From Ranitomeya imitator (Eukaryota): a stretch of 64,000 nucleotides of DNA. The DNA is taken from contig NC_091291.1 in NCBI RefSeq assembly GCF_032444005.1, positions 139,314,001-139,378,000 on the forward strand. Direction: 5' to 3'. A program made the position numbers and the translations under genes. This document shows positions 24,029 through 36,720 of the stretch, piece by piece. Position 1 is the first letter of the stretch, and each line of letters opens with the position of its first letter. The notes beneath the pieces are model-generated. The model ran no database searches and was not told the origin of the DNA. It saw only the letters and a program-made list of their open reading frames with translations.

Positions 24029-25678
24029 ATGGTTTTAGATGACGAGGAAAAAGCTAACATATTAAACACCTTCTTCTCCACGGTATTCACGGTGGAAAAT
24101 GAAATGCTAGGTGAAATCCCAAGAAACAATGAAAACCCTATATTAAGGGTCACAAATCTAACCCAAGAAGAGGTGCGAAACCGGCTAAATAAGATTAAAA
24201 TAGATAAATCTCCGGGTCCGGATGGCATACACCCACGAGTACTAAGAGAACTAAGTAATGTAATAGATAAACCATTATTTCTTATTTTTAGGGACTCTAT
24301 AGCGACAGGGTCTGTTCCGCAGGATTGGCGCATAGCAAATGTGGTGCCAATATTCAAAAAGGGCTCTAAAAGTGAACCTGGAAATTATAGGCCAGTAAGT
24401 CTAACCTCTATTGTTGGTAAAATATTTGAAGGGTTTCTGAGGGATGTTATTCTGGATTATCTCAATGAGAATAACTGTTTAACTCCATATCAGCATGGGT
24501 TTATGAGAAATCGCTCCTGTCAAACCAATCTAATCAGTTGTTATGAAGAGGTAAGCTATAGGCTGGACCACGGTGAGTCATTGGACGTGGTATATCTCAA
24601 TTTTTCCAAAGTGTTTGATACCGTGCCGCACAAGAGGTTGGTACACAAAATGAGAATGCTTGGTCTGGGGGAAAATGTGTGTAAATGGGTTAGTAACTGG
24701 CTTAGTGATAGAAAGCAGAGGGTGGTTATAAATGGTATAGTCTCTAACTGGGTCGCTGTGACCAGTGGGGTACCGCAGGGGTCAGTATTGGGACCTGTTC
24801 TCTTCAACATATTCATTAATGATCTGGTAGAAGGTTTACACAGTAAAATATCGATATTTGCAGATGATACAAAACTATGTAAAGCAGTTAATACAAGAGA
24901 AGATAGTATTCTGCTACAGATGGATCTGGATAAGTTGGAAACTTGGGCTGAAAGGTGGCAGATGAGGTTTAACAATGATAAATGTAAGGTTATACACATG
25001 GGAAGAAGGAATCAATGTCACCATTACACACTGAATGGGAAACCACTGGGTAAATCTGACAGGGAGAAGGACTTGGGGATCCTAGTTAATGATAAACTTA
25101 CCTGGAGCAGCCAGTGCCAGGCAGCAGCTGCCAAGGCAAACAGGATCATGGGGTGCATTAAAAGAGGTCTGGATACACATGATGAGAGCATTATACTGCC
25201 TCTGTACAAATCCCTAGTTAGACCGCACATGGAGTACTGTGTCCAGTTTTGGGCACCGGTGCTCAGGAAGGATATAATGGAACTAGAGAGAGTACAAAGG
25301 AGGGCAACAAAATTAATAAAGGGGATGGGAGAACTACAATACCCAGATAGATTAGCGAAATTAGGATTATTTAGTCTAGAAAAAAGACGACTGAGGGGCG
25401 ATCTAATAACCATGTATAAGTATATAAGGGGACAATACAAATATCTCGCTGAGGATCTGTTTATACCAAGGAGGGTGACGGGCACAAGGGGGCATTCTTT
25501 GCGTCTGGAGGAGAGAAGGTTTTTCCACCAACATAGAAGAGGATTCTTTACTGTTAGGGCAGTGAGAATCTGGAATTGCTTGCCTGAGGAGGTGGTGATG
25601 GCGAACTCAGTCGAGGGGTTCAAGAGAGGCCTGGATGTCTTCCTGGAGCAGAACAATATTGTATCATACAATTATTAG
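24029..25678 (+). pseudogene. CR1 reverse transcriptase region of ORF2
   Basis: PGPDG, YRPVSLTS, GVPQGSVLGP and FADD motifs. Motif A reads YLNFSKVFD instead of YLDFSKAFD (catalytic Asp to Asn, codon 24599-24601). Confidence 0.9.
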
Positions 25679-26951
25679 GTTCTGTAGAAGGACGTAGATC
25701 TGGGGATTTATTATGATGGAATATAGGCTGAACTGGATGGACAAATGTCTTTTTTCGGCCTTACTAACTATGTTACTATGTTACTATGTTACTATGTTAC
25801 CTGCTTTGGTACTCTAACGCAAGGTACTGTAGGCCGCATTATTGATCTCCATTTGTTCCAAAAATTATCAGAGACCACCATATATCAGGCCCATAGATGG
25901 GCTACCAATAGTTAAAATGACATGATAATCCAAGGCAGATGTCACATCAGTGTTGTGATGGTCCCTGGCCTCAGCAGCCTCTTCCATACCTGACAGATTA
26001 CAGTCAGGAGACCAGCAGCCGGTCCATGGATCACTGTCCGCACGCAGACCTGAACACTGATGCACAAAGACAGCCTAAGGGCCCATTCACACATGTGGTT
26101 AGTAAACCTCATGTGACTGTCACAATAGAACGCATGCCCATTGTAGTCTACCTGGCTGGTCACACGTGCCAAAAAAAGTAGACCAAGAGTGAAAGGAAGA
26201 TTTGGGACATTACAGGGATTTTTGAGAAGGTGGCAGGAAAGTGGCGGCACTGGTAAATTCTGGGTTTAATCTCACCTGTATGATACATGCCCGGTACCTT
26301 CGTGGCTGGAGATTACCAGCTCGGTGCCGCTGACTCACCGCCGTTAATCCCTTCCTGTTGTGTACAATGCAAGTAGTAAGATGGACAAACAGAAACAAAT
26401 CACAAACAATCGTCACAGGTCAATAAAGTTTCCAATAGTGACCTGAACAGGCATCATTGTACTTGCAGTTCTATGAGTGGGTCCCATATCTGGTGGGCTC
26501 AAAACCATCTGAATTATATACGTCACATCATAGAAGAAGCATTAGGAATAAGATCCAAGTGTGGCCAACCGTTGCGATTCCCAGTTTAACATCTCACATT
26601 ACCTCCATAAAAAGTGAAGATTAAGAACCCAGCGGGGGGGGGGGCTCTGCTTCTGAGAGGGGTTAGGGGGCATACGAATTTCACCTAGCCATCCACTACC
26701 AGGAGTAAATATGGTGTTACACCGCAGCCCCCTTAATACTGATGCGAGACTTTCCATTAAATTAAAGTGCTCAGTTAATTCAGATTTCAAAATGTTTTAA
26801 TAGGCAAATGTAACAGAAAGAAAAAAAATCCATTAATATTTATAGTCACTGCAAGTGTCACACAAAGCCAGGAAATGAGTGAGAAATATAAATATACAGA
26901 ACACTTATTGCATAGATAGGTCTACTGTCCAGAATCGATGGGGTGGGGTCC

Positions 26952-27014
26952 TCAGCCAGCCTCCTCCGCTCTTCTGTACACTTGCTTACACACCTGATCT
27001 TCACAACTTAGTTC
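26952..27014 (-). CDS. rbp7: RBP7 exon 4 (ELSCEDQVCKQVYRRAEEAG*)
   Basis: CTGCAG acceptor and TGA at 26954-26952. Matches the CRBP C-terminus. Confidence 0.9.
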   Translation of the reverse strand, partial: ELSCEDQVCKQVYRRAEEAG

Positions 27015-28045
27015 CTGCAGGATGGAAACAGATTATAAATTAAAGCCCAAAACTTTGTATTGTTAGAGAAGTCGCTCCGTCCTGGAGGCTTTATTGCCAG
27101 CTATACTTTGCCTGTGGCCAGGCGTTCTATAATGGCGGGCAGGTAAGGGGGGATTATCCACTGCACAAGTTATCACAATGCCAGAGGTAATTGTGTTTCT
27201 ATGGGTGAAGTCTAAACCTGCAGCACTAGTCAGTTTCAGCTATGGGGGCTTCTCCATGATGTAAAATCTCATCCTTAGTTCTGGTACTGTATTACAGACG
27301 GTGCCCCCCCCCCCCCCCCCCCCCCCCTCCACCCTCCAGAAAATCTGCTGCCGACCCGTTTCCGGACCACAGACTTTTTATAGTCTAAAAGAAGTCACAA
27401 GATGACCCCCATGAATTGCCCTTTACCCCAAGCTGCACATATTAGACCCATGTACTACTATTGAGGAAGGTGGTGGGGGGGGGGGGGGGGCACTTGTGCA
27501 TCTGTAAGTACCATCTGTCTTTTATATAAATTTTGCTCCCCCACCAATAATGCCATGTATATGCGATTCTGCAGGTGGGGGGCACTAATAAATTTGGGGG
27601 TGCCTGTTGCATCATGAAGACACTACCATGCTTACGAGGGGCAAACCTACCCCGCAGCAGCTGCATCAGCCTCCACCGTCCCTACCCGACCACCAGCATG
27701 GTGCCTTGGCATTTCGCAGGCAGCCCACTCACATGTCTGTGCGCACCCACACAGCGGAGACGAGAATTACTGACAAGATGAATCCTGAGGCTGAACGCCT
27801 GCAGATCACAATGCAGCAGTCGGGTAGGAAACGTTACCCAAAACATAGCATTGTACCCCCGCTTGGAAAGTCACAGCAATTTCTGGACTTCTGCAATAGC
27901 CATGAACCAGGAGGAGCAGTATGAGCAACTCCATGAAGTGATCGTTTATTATAAAAGTGTAGGATTTGGGGGGGAATGGTCCCATTTTTAGCCTGGCAGT
28001 GTCAGCACCACCCTTTATGTGGATGCACCAGTAGGTAATACATAC

Positions 28046-28147
28046 CAAATGTAGGTCATCACCGTTGATCCAGTGTGTCCACCCTCGATTCTTCTTTTCT
28101 CCCTTCTGAACACAAACGAGGCGCCCATTGTCCAAGGTAACCAGACT
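28046..28147 (-). CDS. rbp7: RBP7 exon 3 (102 nt)
   Basis: SLVTLDNGRLVCVQKGEKKNRGWTHWINGDDLHL between AG and GT. The His in RGWTHW is typical of RBP7 as I recall. Confidence 0.93.
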
Positions 28148-28338
28148 CTGGGGAGACAAATAGAAGTTAGACTAGGAGGAAGAGGCGACTAGTTATTTAC
28201 TTTTTAGATATGGCTGGAAATACATGTTCTACCCACTTCCCTGAAGCTTTAACGTTCTACCTGCAGTGCTAGATTTTCTCCTGTAGCCACCCCTCAACTT
28301 TATGACATCATATGCAAGAGGGAACACAGAATTGTGAA

Positions 28339-28344
<6 letters not shown>

Positions 28345-28396
<52 letters not shown>
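28345..28396. repeat. (TA)n microsatellite in RBP7 intron 2
   Basis: Uninterrupted TA run. Confidence 0.95.
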
Positions 28397-28420
<24 letters not shown>

Positions 28421-28930
28421 ACAGAAGAAACAGAACTGGAAAGTTTCTCCAAATTCAGGTCAGAAGTGATGGCTCCTGACTAGAGATGGGCTGCCCCCTG
28501 CTGGCCAGTAGTGAAACTGCCCACTGATCAGTGGATGAAGCAGCCCTATACAATACATCCAGGTTACAATCAGGATAAAGGCATCTTAAGCACCTTCACA
28601 TATCTGAATAAAATTGGTACCGGTATCACGGTTTTTCCTGGTATGCAAGATATATATTTTACACATACACACATGTACAAATGAAGGGGGCCTTAAAGGG
28701 ACTTTGTTTATTTTCTCCTCTGCATGAAAGTCACAGGACATGGCTGGAGAGCAGGGGATGGAATGCTGCACATTTTTTAATCAGTCTTTAATAGTGTGCT
28801 AATCCATTTAGGTTTTTAAGGGGAGGAAAAATAAATCTGCACCATGTGAATGAGGCTTTAGATATGTGATGTTCCTCTAAACACGGCTTCCTTCACCCAC
28901 AATCTAAGGGACTAACCACTCGGACTTTAC

Positions 28931-29109
28931 CTGGCATTTCCGGTTGTCCAGGCCCTTTGTGTCCTCATCAAACTCTTGTCCCAATGTGAACTGAACCCGA
29001 TAACTGCGCAGGCTGCTCTGGGTCTGGATCTCGAAGGATTCTCCATTTTGTACGATGATTTTTTGAGGCTTGATTAGTTTTGCCAAGTTCCTGGTGACAA
29101 TGTCGATAC
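28931..29109 (-). CDS. rbp7: RBP7 exon 2 (179 nt)
   Basis: GIDIVTRNLAKLIKPQKIIVQNGESFEIQTQSSLRSYRVQFTLGQEFDEDTKGLDNRKCQ. TACAG acceptor and GTAAAG donor. Confidence 0.95.
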
Positions 29110-29971
29110 CTGTAACCAATAAAGACGAAGATTATGAGTTGTCTAATTGTCTTGGGTGTCAATATCTCCGCTTGCTGTCAGCACCTCATAGTCAGAGGCT
29201 GCGCAGTCCTGCACATAGTCACATTTATGGCCACTGACAGCTCCTTTTTATAGGGTTTGTTAGATTTGTATCCAGTTTGTAATTCAGACCAGATACATTG
29301 GTGTAATGTGGAAATACCTTGGTCCCATTGCAAAGTCACGACCCCCAACTACCAAAATAATTTATGACACCAAAAGTCACGACCCCCAACTACCAAAATA
29401 ATTTATGACACCAGTGTCCAATGGAGCAGAGGAGCCTTTAGGTTCCCCCAGTGCAATAACTAGCCCTGCAGCTTTTACAAGGACAAGACAAAGACAAGTG
29501 CAGCTGCTTAGAGGAGTAAAGCAGCCAAAGTAGAAGCAAAGAAATTCTTATTGAAAAACATAATACAAATAGAGGGAAAAACAAAACATACCAAAATGGG
29601 CTTTTTTTTTTTTTTTTTTCCCGTCAAGAGAGCTGGTTTAAAGAAACATGTGAACACAGCCTTAAAGGGGGCAGATTGCCTTCATCTGAGTCAGGTGCTG
29701 GATGCAATCTGTGCTTCTGTCATTGCACCAATATACTGACTCTGCCACACAGCTCCTCTGCGCCACTGACTCAGCACATGGGAGTCTCTCTCTCACTCTC
29801 AAACTGGGCTATGATCATGGATCCATAAAAAAAACTTTTGTGATTGTTGTGTTTAACACTATTGTGCATTTTTGTGACAAAATTCAGAATTGGTGTTTAA
29901 TAGCATAATTGAGGGATTCTCCTGATTTGTGTCAAACCCTTTGATGTGTGGAGCAGACAGCTGGGCTGGAG

Positions 29972-30925
29972 CCTGTGCATTCTGGGGGCTGTGCATTCTG
30001 GGGGCTGCGGGCTGTGCATTCTGGGGGCTGTGCATTCTGGGGGCTGCGGGCTGTGCATTCTGGGGGCTGTGCATTCTGGGGGCTGTGCATTCTGGGGGCT
30101 GTGCATTCTGGGGGCTGCAGCCTGTGCATTCTGGGGGGCTGTGCATTCTGGGGGCTGCAGCCTGTGCATTCTGGGGGGCTGTGCATTCTGGGGGCTGCAG
30201 CCTGTGCATTCTGGGGGGCTGTGCATTCTGGGGGCTGCAGCCTGTGCATTCTGGGGGGCTGTGCATTCTGGGGGCTGCAGCCTGTGCATTCTGGGGGGCT
30301 GTGCATTCTGGGGGCTGCAGCCTGTGCATTCTGGGGGCTGTGCATTCTGGGGCCTGTGCATTCTGGGGCCTGCAGCCTGTGCATTCTGGGGGCTGCGGCC
30401 TGTGCATTCTGGGGGCTGCGCATTCTGGGGGCTGCAGCCTGTGCATTCTGGGGGCTGCGCATTCTGGGGGCTGCAGCCTGTGCATTCTGGGGGCTGCGCA
30501 TTCTGGGGGCTGCAGCCTGTGCATTCTGGGGGCTGCGCATTCTGGGGGCTGCGCATTCTGGGGGCTGCAGCCTGTGCATTCTGGGGGCTGCGCATTCTGG
30601 GGGCTGTGCATTCTGGGGGCTGTGCATTCTGGGGGCTGCAGCCTGTGCATTCTGGGGGCTGTGCATTCTGGGGGCTGCAGCCTGTGCATTCTGGGGGCTG
30701 TGCATTCTGGGGGCTGCAGCCTGTGCATTCTGGGGGGGCTGTGCATTCTGGGGGCTGCAGCCTGTGCATTCTGGGGGGGCTGTGCATTCTGGGGGCTGCA
30801 GCCTGTGCATTCTGGGGGCTGTGCATTCTGGGGGCTGCAGCCGGTGCATTCTGGGGGCTGTGCATTCTGGGGGCTGTGCATTCTGGGGGCTGTGCATTCT
30901 GGGGGCTGCAGCCTGTGCATTCTGC
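29972..30925. repeat. 16/23-bp minisatellite in RBP7 intron 1
   Basis: GTGCATTCTGGGGGCT units with an optional GCAGCCT. Confidence 0.95.
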
Positions 30926-31597
30926 AGCCTGCTACACTGGCTGCTTAGCTCCATTACTGTGAACAAGGAGTTTGCAGAGAATCACTAACGGATTTTTCTT
31001 ACTAATGTTTCAAGATGAGTCTTGCAGCTGTTGCAATAAACTAATACAATCACGTTGTATCATTCACTTAGCAAAACATTACAGTTACATTGTCACTAAT
31101 GTTATGGACAGTCATTTCTGTGGGAAGAACTATTCCACAAAGAATGAAACCAAGTTACTTTCTGTCTTCACCTGTTGCAGCTCAGACACTTCGTACATGA
31201 CCCCTGTGTCTGCTGTGGTGGGGGGCATCATGCTCTGCAGAGACTTTGGCATGTTGGAGGTTGCATTTAGCCAGGTGACAGCTGCATTTAGGGGCGGCGG
31301 GGTGCATTTAGGGGCAGGGGGGGGGGGGGTAATGGTGCATTTAGGGGCAGGGGGGGGTAATGGTGCATTTAGGGGCAGGGGGGGGGGAATGGTGCATTTG
31401 GGGGGGGAATGGTGCATTTGGGGGGGGGGGGAATGGTGCATTGCTTTGTAGGTTACTCCTGGTCACTCAGGTCATACAGGTAACAACATGGCAGCAGCGC
31501 CCCCTGGTGGAGACAACTATATGAGCAGTAAAGCTGCCAATGCCAGCCCTCACCCCTGCCAAACATAGGACAATGTGACCTGTCATCACCCACTTAC

Positions 31598-31673
31598 CCA
31601 GGCTTTGCAGGTAGCGGTCACAGTTTTCATTGCTGACCATGTTCCAGGTGCCACTGAAGTCTGGTGGAGCCAT
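31598..31673 (-). CDS. rbp7: RBP7 exon 1 (cellular retinol-binding protein 7; 139 aa in total)
   Basis: MAPPDFSGTWNMVSNENCDRYLQSL(G) with a GTAAGT donor. Exons of 76+179+102+63 nt give 420 nt in frame. Position between NMNAT1 and UBE4B supports RBP7 over other CRBPs. Confidence 0.92.
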
Positions 31674-31710
31674 GAGAGCAGAGCTGTAGAGCCCCAGAAC
31701 AGCCGAGCAG

Positions 31711-31717
31711 TTATATA
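31711..31717 (-). promoter_or_regulatory. Candidate TATA box of RBP7
   Basis: TATATAA on the minus strand, 38 nt upstream of the ATG. Confidence 0.55.
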
Positions 31718-32350
31718 CTGAGTGAGGAGGAGTGTCAGCTCAGCAGGGAGGTCCAGATACAATCAGCTGATTTTAACCCTATCTCTACAGCTTGTGCATG
31801 GATGGGGGGTAAACCAGTGTCATTTTCCTCATACAAAACACAGTCTCTCCAAATTGTATGTAAAGCACAGAATTCACAGCAACCTTGTCATGCAAAGCGT
31901 CAAAACCATGCAGGCATCCTAGATCCATTCTTTACCATTCCCAACCACAGGATTGTGCAGGTAACCTACACTTTTAGGCCATGTTCGCACCATGAACTTT
32001 TTATGTTGCAGGTTTTCTTCAACAATTATGTTACTTACATTTGTAATAAAAAGCTGCAACATCAAGAACTCACCAAAAGCTCATTGTGTGAATGGAGCCA
32101 TAGGCTGGATTTGCACATCCATGTTGCATAGCCGGAGTATGGAAGACGCCCGCCCCGGCCTCGGGTCTCCGGACCTGAACTCGACACCACCATATTCACA
32201 GGTCTGTCATTGCAGTCCATACTTGTTCTGCTAAAAATCGGTGCGTGACTCCATCCTCAGCTATTAACAGCAATCAATGGAGTAAAGCAGGAGCTCAAGG
32301 GTTAAAATCAATTATCGGCGTTATGGAAAGTATCACTGTGGCCTTGTAGA

Positions 32351-32611
32351 GGCAGCATGGTGGCTCAGTGGTTAGCACTGCAGCGCTGGGGTCCTGGGTT
32401 CTAATCCCACCCAGGACAACATCTGCAAAGAGTTTGTATGTTCTCTCCGTGTTTCTGTGGGTTTCCTCCGGGTTCCTCCCACACTCCAAAGACATACTGA
32501 TAGGGAATTTAGATTGTGAGCCCCAATGGGGACAGCGATGATAATGTGTGCAGACTGTAAAGCGCTGCGGAATATGTTAGCGCTATATAAAAATAAACAT
32601 TAGTATTATTA
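32351..32611 (+). mobile_element. tRNA-derived V-SINE with an L2-like tail
   Basis: A box TGGCTCAGTGG, B-box-like GGTTCTAATCCC, V-domain-like GTTTGTATGTTCTCTCCGTG...GGGTTTCCTCCGGG, and tail GCGCTATATAAAAATAAA followed by (TTA)n. Confidence 0.8.
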
Positions 32612-33104
32612 TAGAGTATTGACCCAAGTCAGGAAGACATCCAAAGACCAGACATATTGTAAAATATCTTACCAGAAAAAATCTGCTTCTTTATGATCCA
32701 CTCAGATCTGTCTGCAGTGATGGATGACATTACACCTGCTGCCTATAGAAGTCTATGGAGAAGGGAGAGAGAAGGCGGTGGAAAGAAAAAGAGGAGAAGC
32801 ACACAACGAGAAAATGCTGAGACGTCTAGTGCTTAGAACCTGGAGAGGGGGAAACACTATAGTAATGCTGGAAACAAGTGATATGGCGGCCAGAAAGTGT
32901 TCTCCTGTATTCTGCTCATGTGCATGGCGCCATTAATTCCACAGCGTATACACTCATCTCATGTGCACCTGGCGGATTATTCTGAGAAGACACCTGACAT
33001 GAAAGATGAGATGATTAATGGTTGGTTTCACTTGGGGCTGACCAGTGCTACATGCGACTGTGATTTGACCAATGCAGATGATGATGGCGGCTATTGTACT
33101 TTTG

Positions 33105-33385
33105 ATGTCACTAGTGTACTCGTTGCTCGGGTGTCCTCCCGAGTATATGTTATTGCTCGGAGATTTAGTTTTCATCGCCTCAGCTGAATGATTTAGGACT
33201 GCTGGACAGGCTGAGAACATGTGGGAATTCCCTAACAAACAGGCAACCCCCACATGTATCCAACGTATCTGGAAGCCATAAATCATGAAGATGAGGCGAT
33301 GAAAACTAAATCTCAGAGCAATAACAAATACTCGGAGGACACCAGAGCGGGAAAACCCGAGCAACGCGTACACTCGCTCATCACT
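33105..33385. mobile_element. Palindromic MITE (TAGTGATG-ended, hAT-like), left end degraded
   Basis: About 60-bp inverted arms, 33125-33182 versus 33290-33348. The right end reads CTCGCTCATCACTA. Confidence 0.6.
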
Positions 33386-33764
33386 AGACGTCACCTGTCG
33401 GTTTGGGCTTGTAGGACTTGTTAGGGCCACATTCACACTGTCAGTATTTGGTCAGTATTTTACATCAGTCTTTATAAGCTTAAACCATGAGGGTGATACA
33501 GAAGTTGTCCTGATTTTGGCTACAAATAACAATGTAAAATACTGATCAGATACTGACTGTGGCCTTCGGTGAGCGGGGGGCACCATTGTGTCTCTACGGC
33601 ACCAACCTCCACAGCAAAGTAAGGACAGACCAGTGTCTTTTTCACCCCATTTCAAGCAATTTTTAGTCATGTTTAATCAATGTTAGTATTTTTTTGCATT
33701 GGTTAGCCATACAATATCACTTCTTTGTACTAACTTAGTATAGAAATTAATAAAAGTGATGTTT

Positions 33765-35045
33765 TATCCTGTACCCGACTGTCAGTGTCATTATCCTGCA
33801 CCCCGAGCGTCAGTGTCATTATCCTGTACCCCGAGTGTCAGCGTCATTATCCTGTACCCCGAGTGTCAGCGTCATTATCCTGTACCCCGAGTGTCAGCGT
33901 CATTATCCTGTACCCCGAGTGTCAGCGTCATTATCCTGTACCCCGAGTGTCAGCGTCATTATCCTGTACCCCGAGTGTCAGCGTCATTATCCTGTACCCC
34001 GAGTGTCAGCGTCATTATCCTGTACCCCGAGTGTCAGCGTCATTATCCTGTACCCCGACTGTCAGTGTCATTATCCTGCACCCCGAGCGTCAGTGTCATT
34101 ATCCTGTACCCCGAGCGTCAGCGTCATTATCCTGTACCCCGAGTGTTAGTGTCATTATCCTGTACCCCGAGTGTCAGCGTCATTATCCTGTACCCCGACT
34201 GTCAGTGTCATTATCCTGTACCCCGAGTGTCAGTGTCATTATCCTGTACCCCGAGTGTCAGTGTCATTATCCTGTACCCCGAGTGTCAGCGTCATTATCC
34301 TGTACCCCGACTGTCAGCGTCATTATCCTGTACCCCGAGTGTCAGTGTCATTATCCTGTACCCCGAGTGTCAGCGTCATTATCCTGTACCCCGAGTGTCA
34401 GCGTCATTATCCTGTACCCCGACTGTCAGTGTCATTATCCTGCACCCCGAGCGTCAGTGTCATTATCCTGTACCCCGAGTGTCAGCGTCATTATCCTGTA
34501 CCCCGAGTGTTAGTGTCATTATCCTGTACCCCGAGTGTCAGTGTCATTATCCTGTACCCCGAGTGTCAGCGTCATTATCCTGTACCCCGAGTGTTAGTGT
34601 CATTATCCTGTACCCCGACTGTCAGTGTCATTATCCTGCACCCCGAGCGTCAGTGTCATTATCCTGTACCCCGAGTGTCAGCGTCATTATCCTGTACCCC
34701 GAGTGTCAGCGTCATTATCCTGTACCCCGAGTGTTAGTGTCATTATCCTGTACCCCGACTGTCAGTGTCATTATCCTGTACCCCGACTGTCAGTGTCATT
34801 ATCCTGTACCCCGAGTGTCAGCGTCATTATCCTGTACCCCGAGTGTCAGTGTCATTATCCTGTACCCCGAGTGTCAGCGTCATTATCCTGTACCCCGAGT
34901 GTCAGCGTCATTATCCTGTACCCCGAGTGTCAGTGTCATTACCCTGTACCCCGAGTGTCAGTGTCATTATCCTGTACCCCGAGTGTCATTATCCTGTACC
35001 CAGAGTGTCAGTGTCATTATCCTGTACCCAGAGTGTCAGTGTCAT
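33765..35045. repeat. 28-bp tandem array, about 45 copies
   Basis: Unit GTGTCAGCGTCATTATCCTGTACCCCGA. Confidence 0.96.
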
Positions 35046-36259
35046 TCTCCCAGGCCCGTATACACTTTATAGACACATTGCACAGTATATAAAGCTCTTG
35101 TATATTCGCGCTGTGCCCCGGACATCTGCGGAGCTGCAGTTCACCACTTCTTGGTCACGTACAGCGATGAATATTTGTCTGACCTGGTAAATACAGACGG
35201 TTGTGGCGTCTGCTCCACTTTGCACCATCGGCGGCTGCACGGTGTGAAAGGGCAGCGTACAATAGCAGAGCGTTCACACTGGCAGGAGCGGCTCCGTCCA
35301 GGGGTCACAGAGGACTGATGTAACCCAAGGACAAATTGCAATTAAGGATAGAAAGAATGTATGCTATACGTATGCAATGACTAAGATCGTACTAGATAGA
35401 AACGCGTCGTATTAACTTCTTTTTTCACTGGCATGCATTCCTGTCTGTGCAAGGATATATTGAAATGAAGACATTTTAAATGGACAAATAAAGAACTACT
35501 AATTTTAAGGAGCTGGAACATCACATTCTTTCTATCCTCTGTTATTACACGTCCTGGTCAAAGACGGAGTTCTGTGCACCTGCGGTGATCGGTGAGCTGG
35601 CTGTGGCTCTTGTGGCCCTTTTTTCATTTATTTGATTGCATCTTACAAATTGCAATTATTATACAAATGGTTTATCCGGTGTTATATAAGTGTATAAAGC
35701 ACCCGTCCCTCCTTATATCACCTCAATAGTGATGTGAACACTGGCATTACTAATAACAAGGGCCCCGCTGCAGGGGCCACATGAGAAGACAATAGTGGTA
35801 CAAGTGATGCATGATGGGTGGGGGCTTGTGAGAGACCCCACAAATGGTTGCTTGTCTAGACCTCATTGTCGCTCTCCTTGTTTCCGGTCTTGCAGTTTTT
35901 GTATATTTGCATTATTTTTTGATCGGAGGTCGGATCCCGCTGGTTTTGTGTCAGTGACGTCAGCGGCCATTGTATCCTGAGATATTGCCTGCTGATCCCC
36001 CGCTGCCACAGGAAACCCCCCACGAACCGCACGGACGAAGCTGCAGTCATGGGCACAGATTAAGAAGCAACCGAGTCCCTTCACCTACGGACCACCCTCC
36101 GCACAATAGATATGGAGGGGCAACGCACAGGGACATAATCCTAATACTCAGCGCTGCCTGGGCACCATCATGGGGAACAGAAGAGGGTCTTCTCCAGGGC
36201 ACCATCATGGGGAACAGAAGAGGGTCTTCTCCTAACTGAACCCACAAAGCCGGAAGCTA

Positions 36260-36720
36260 CAATTATCCTCAATGTCTTGTGCTGAAGATTAAGATTTCCC
36301 TTTACTGGAGCTGAGGGTCCGAGGTCGCCCCCTGATTACAAGCCCATAGTATCATCCTCCTCCACCATCTGTACTGGGGGCACAATGCAGTCAGGGGGTA
36401 ACGTCCTCCTGGAATCACCAAACCCAGACTCCTCCAGATAGAAGTGTGATCCGTCACTGCACAGAACACGTCTCCTCCAGAGTCCAGGGGTGGCGGCTTT
36501 ACACCTCTCCATCAGACGCTCGGCATTGTGCTTGGTGATGTACGGCTGTGTGCTGCTGATCAGCCATGAAGCTCCCGGTGGGGGGCGCAGTGTTTGTGCT
36601 GACACCAGAGGAGGTCTGGACTCTGCAGTTATGGGGTCAGCAGAGTGTTGGTGACCTGTCTGCCTTCTGCTCCTCAGCACTCGCCCCCCCCCCCCACGCT
36701 GTAATATTACGGGGTCTCCA
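36260..36720 (-). mobile_element. Degraded Tc1 transposase fragment
   Basis: The minus strand reads RRVLCSDGSHF...LPPDCIVPPVQ, resembling Tc1 VLWSDESRF...LPDCIVPTVK. Confidence 0.7.

Larger units (their letters stand above)
21745..25800 (+). mobile_element. Near-full-length CR1-clade LINE, disabled
   Basis: ORF1 esterase region, APE endonuclease and RT in order, ending in a (CTATGTTA)n tail at about 25768-25800. Two frameshifts (about 22713 and 23850). The 5' boundary is approximate. Confidence 0.93.

Noticed and set aside
29332-29413. Single short direct duplications (41 bp here, about 36 bp at 36160-36232)
   Set aside because: Ordinary local slippage events.
29859-30988. Six ORFs of about 340 aa, and similar sets at 33756-35190, 37586-38985, 57820-59079, 60321-61657 and 63519-63980
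   Set aside because: All are minisatellite translations in introns or intergenic DNA.
32351-32420. tRNA gene
   Set aside because: A and B boxes only. No cloverleaf is apparent and it continues into a SINE body and tail.
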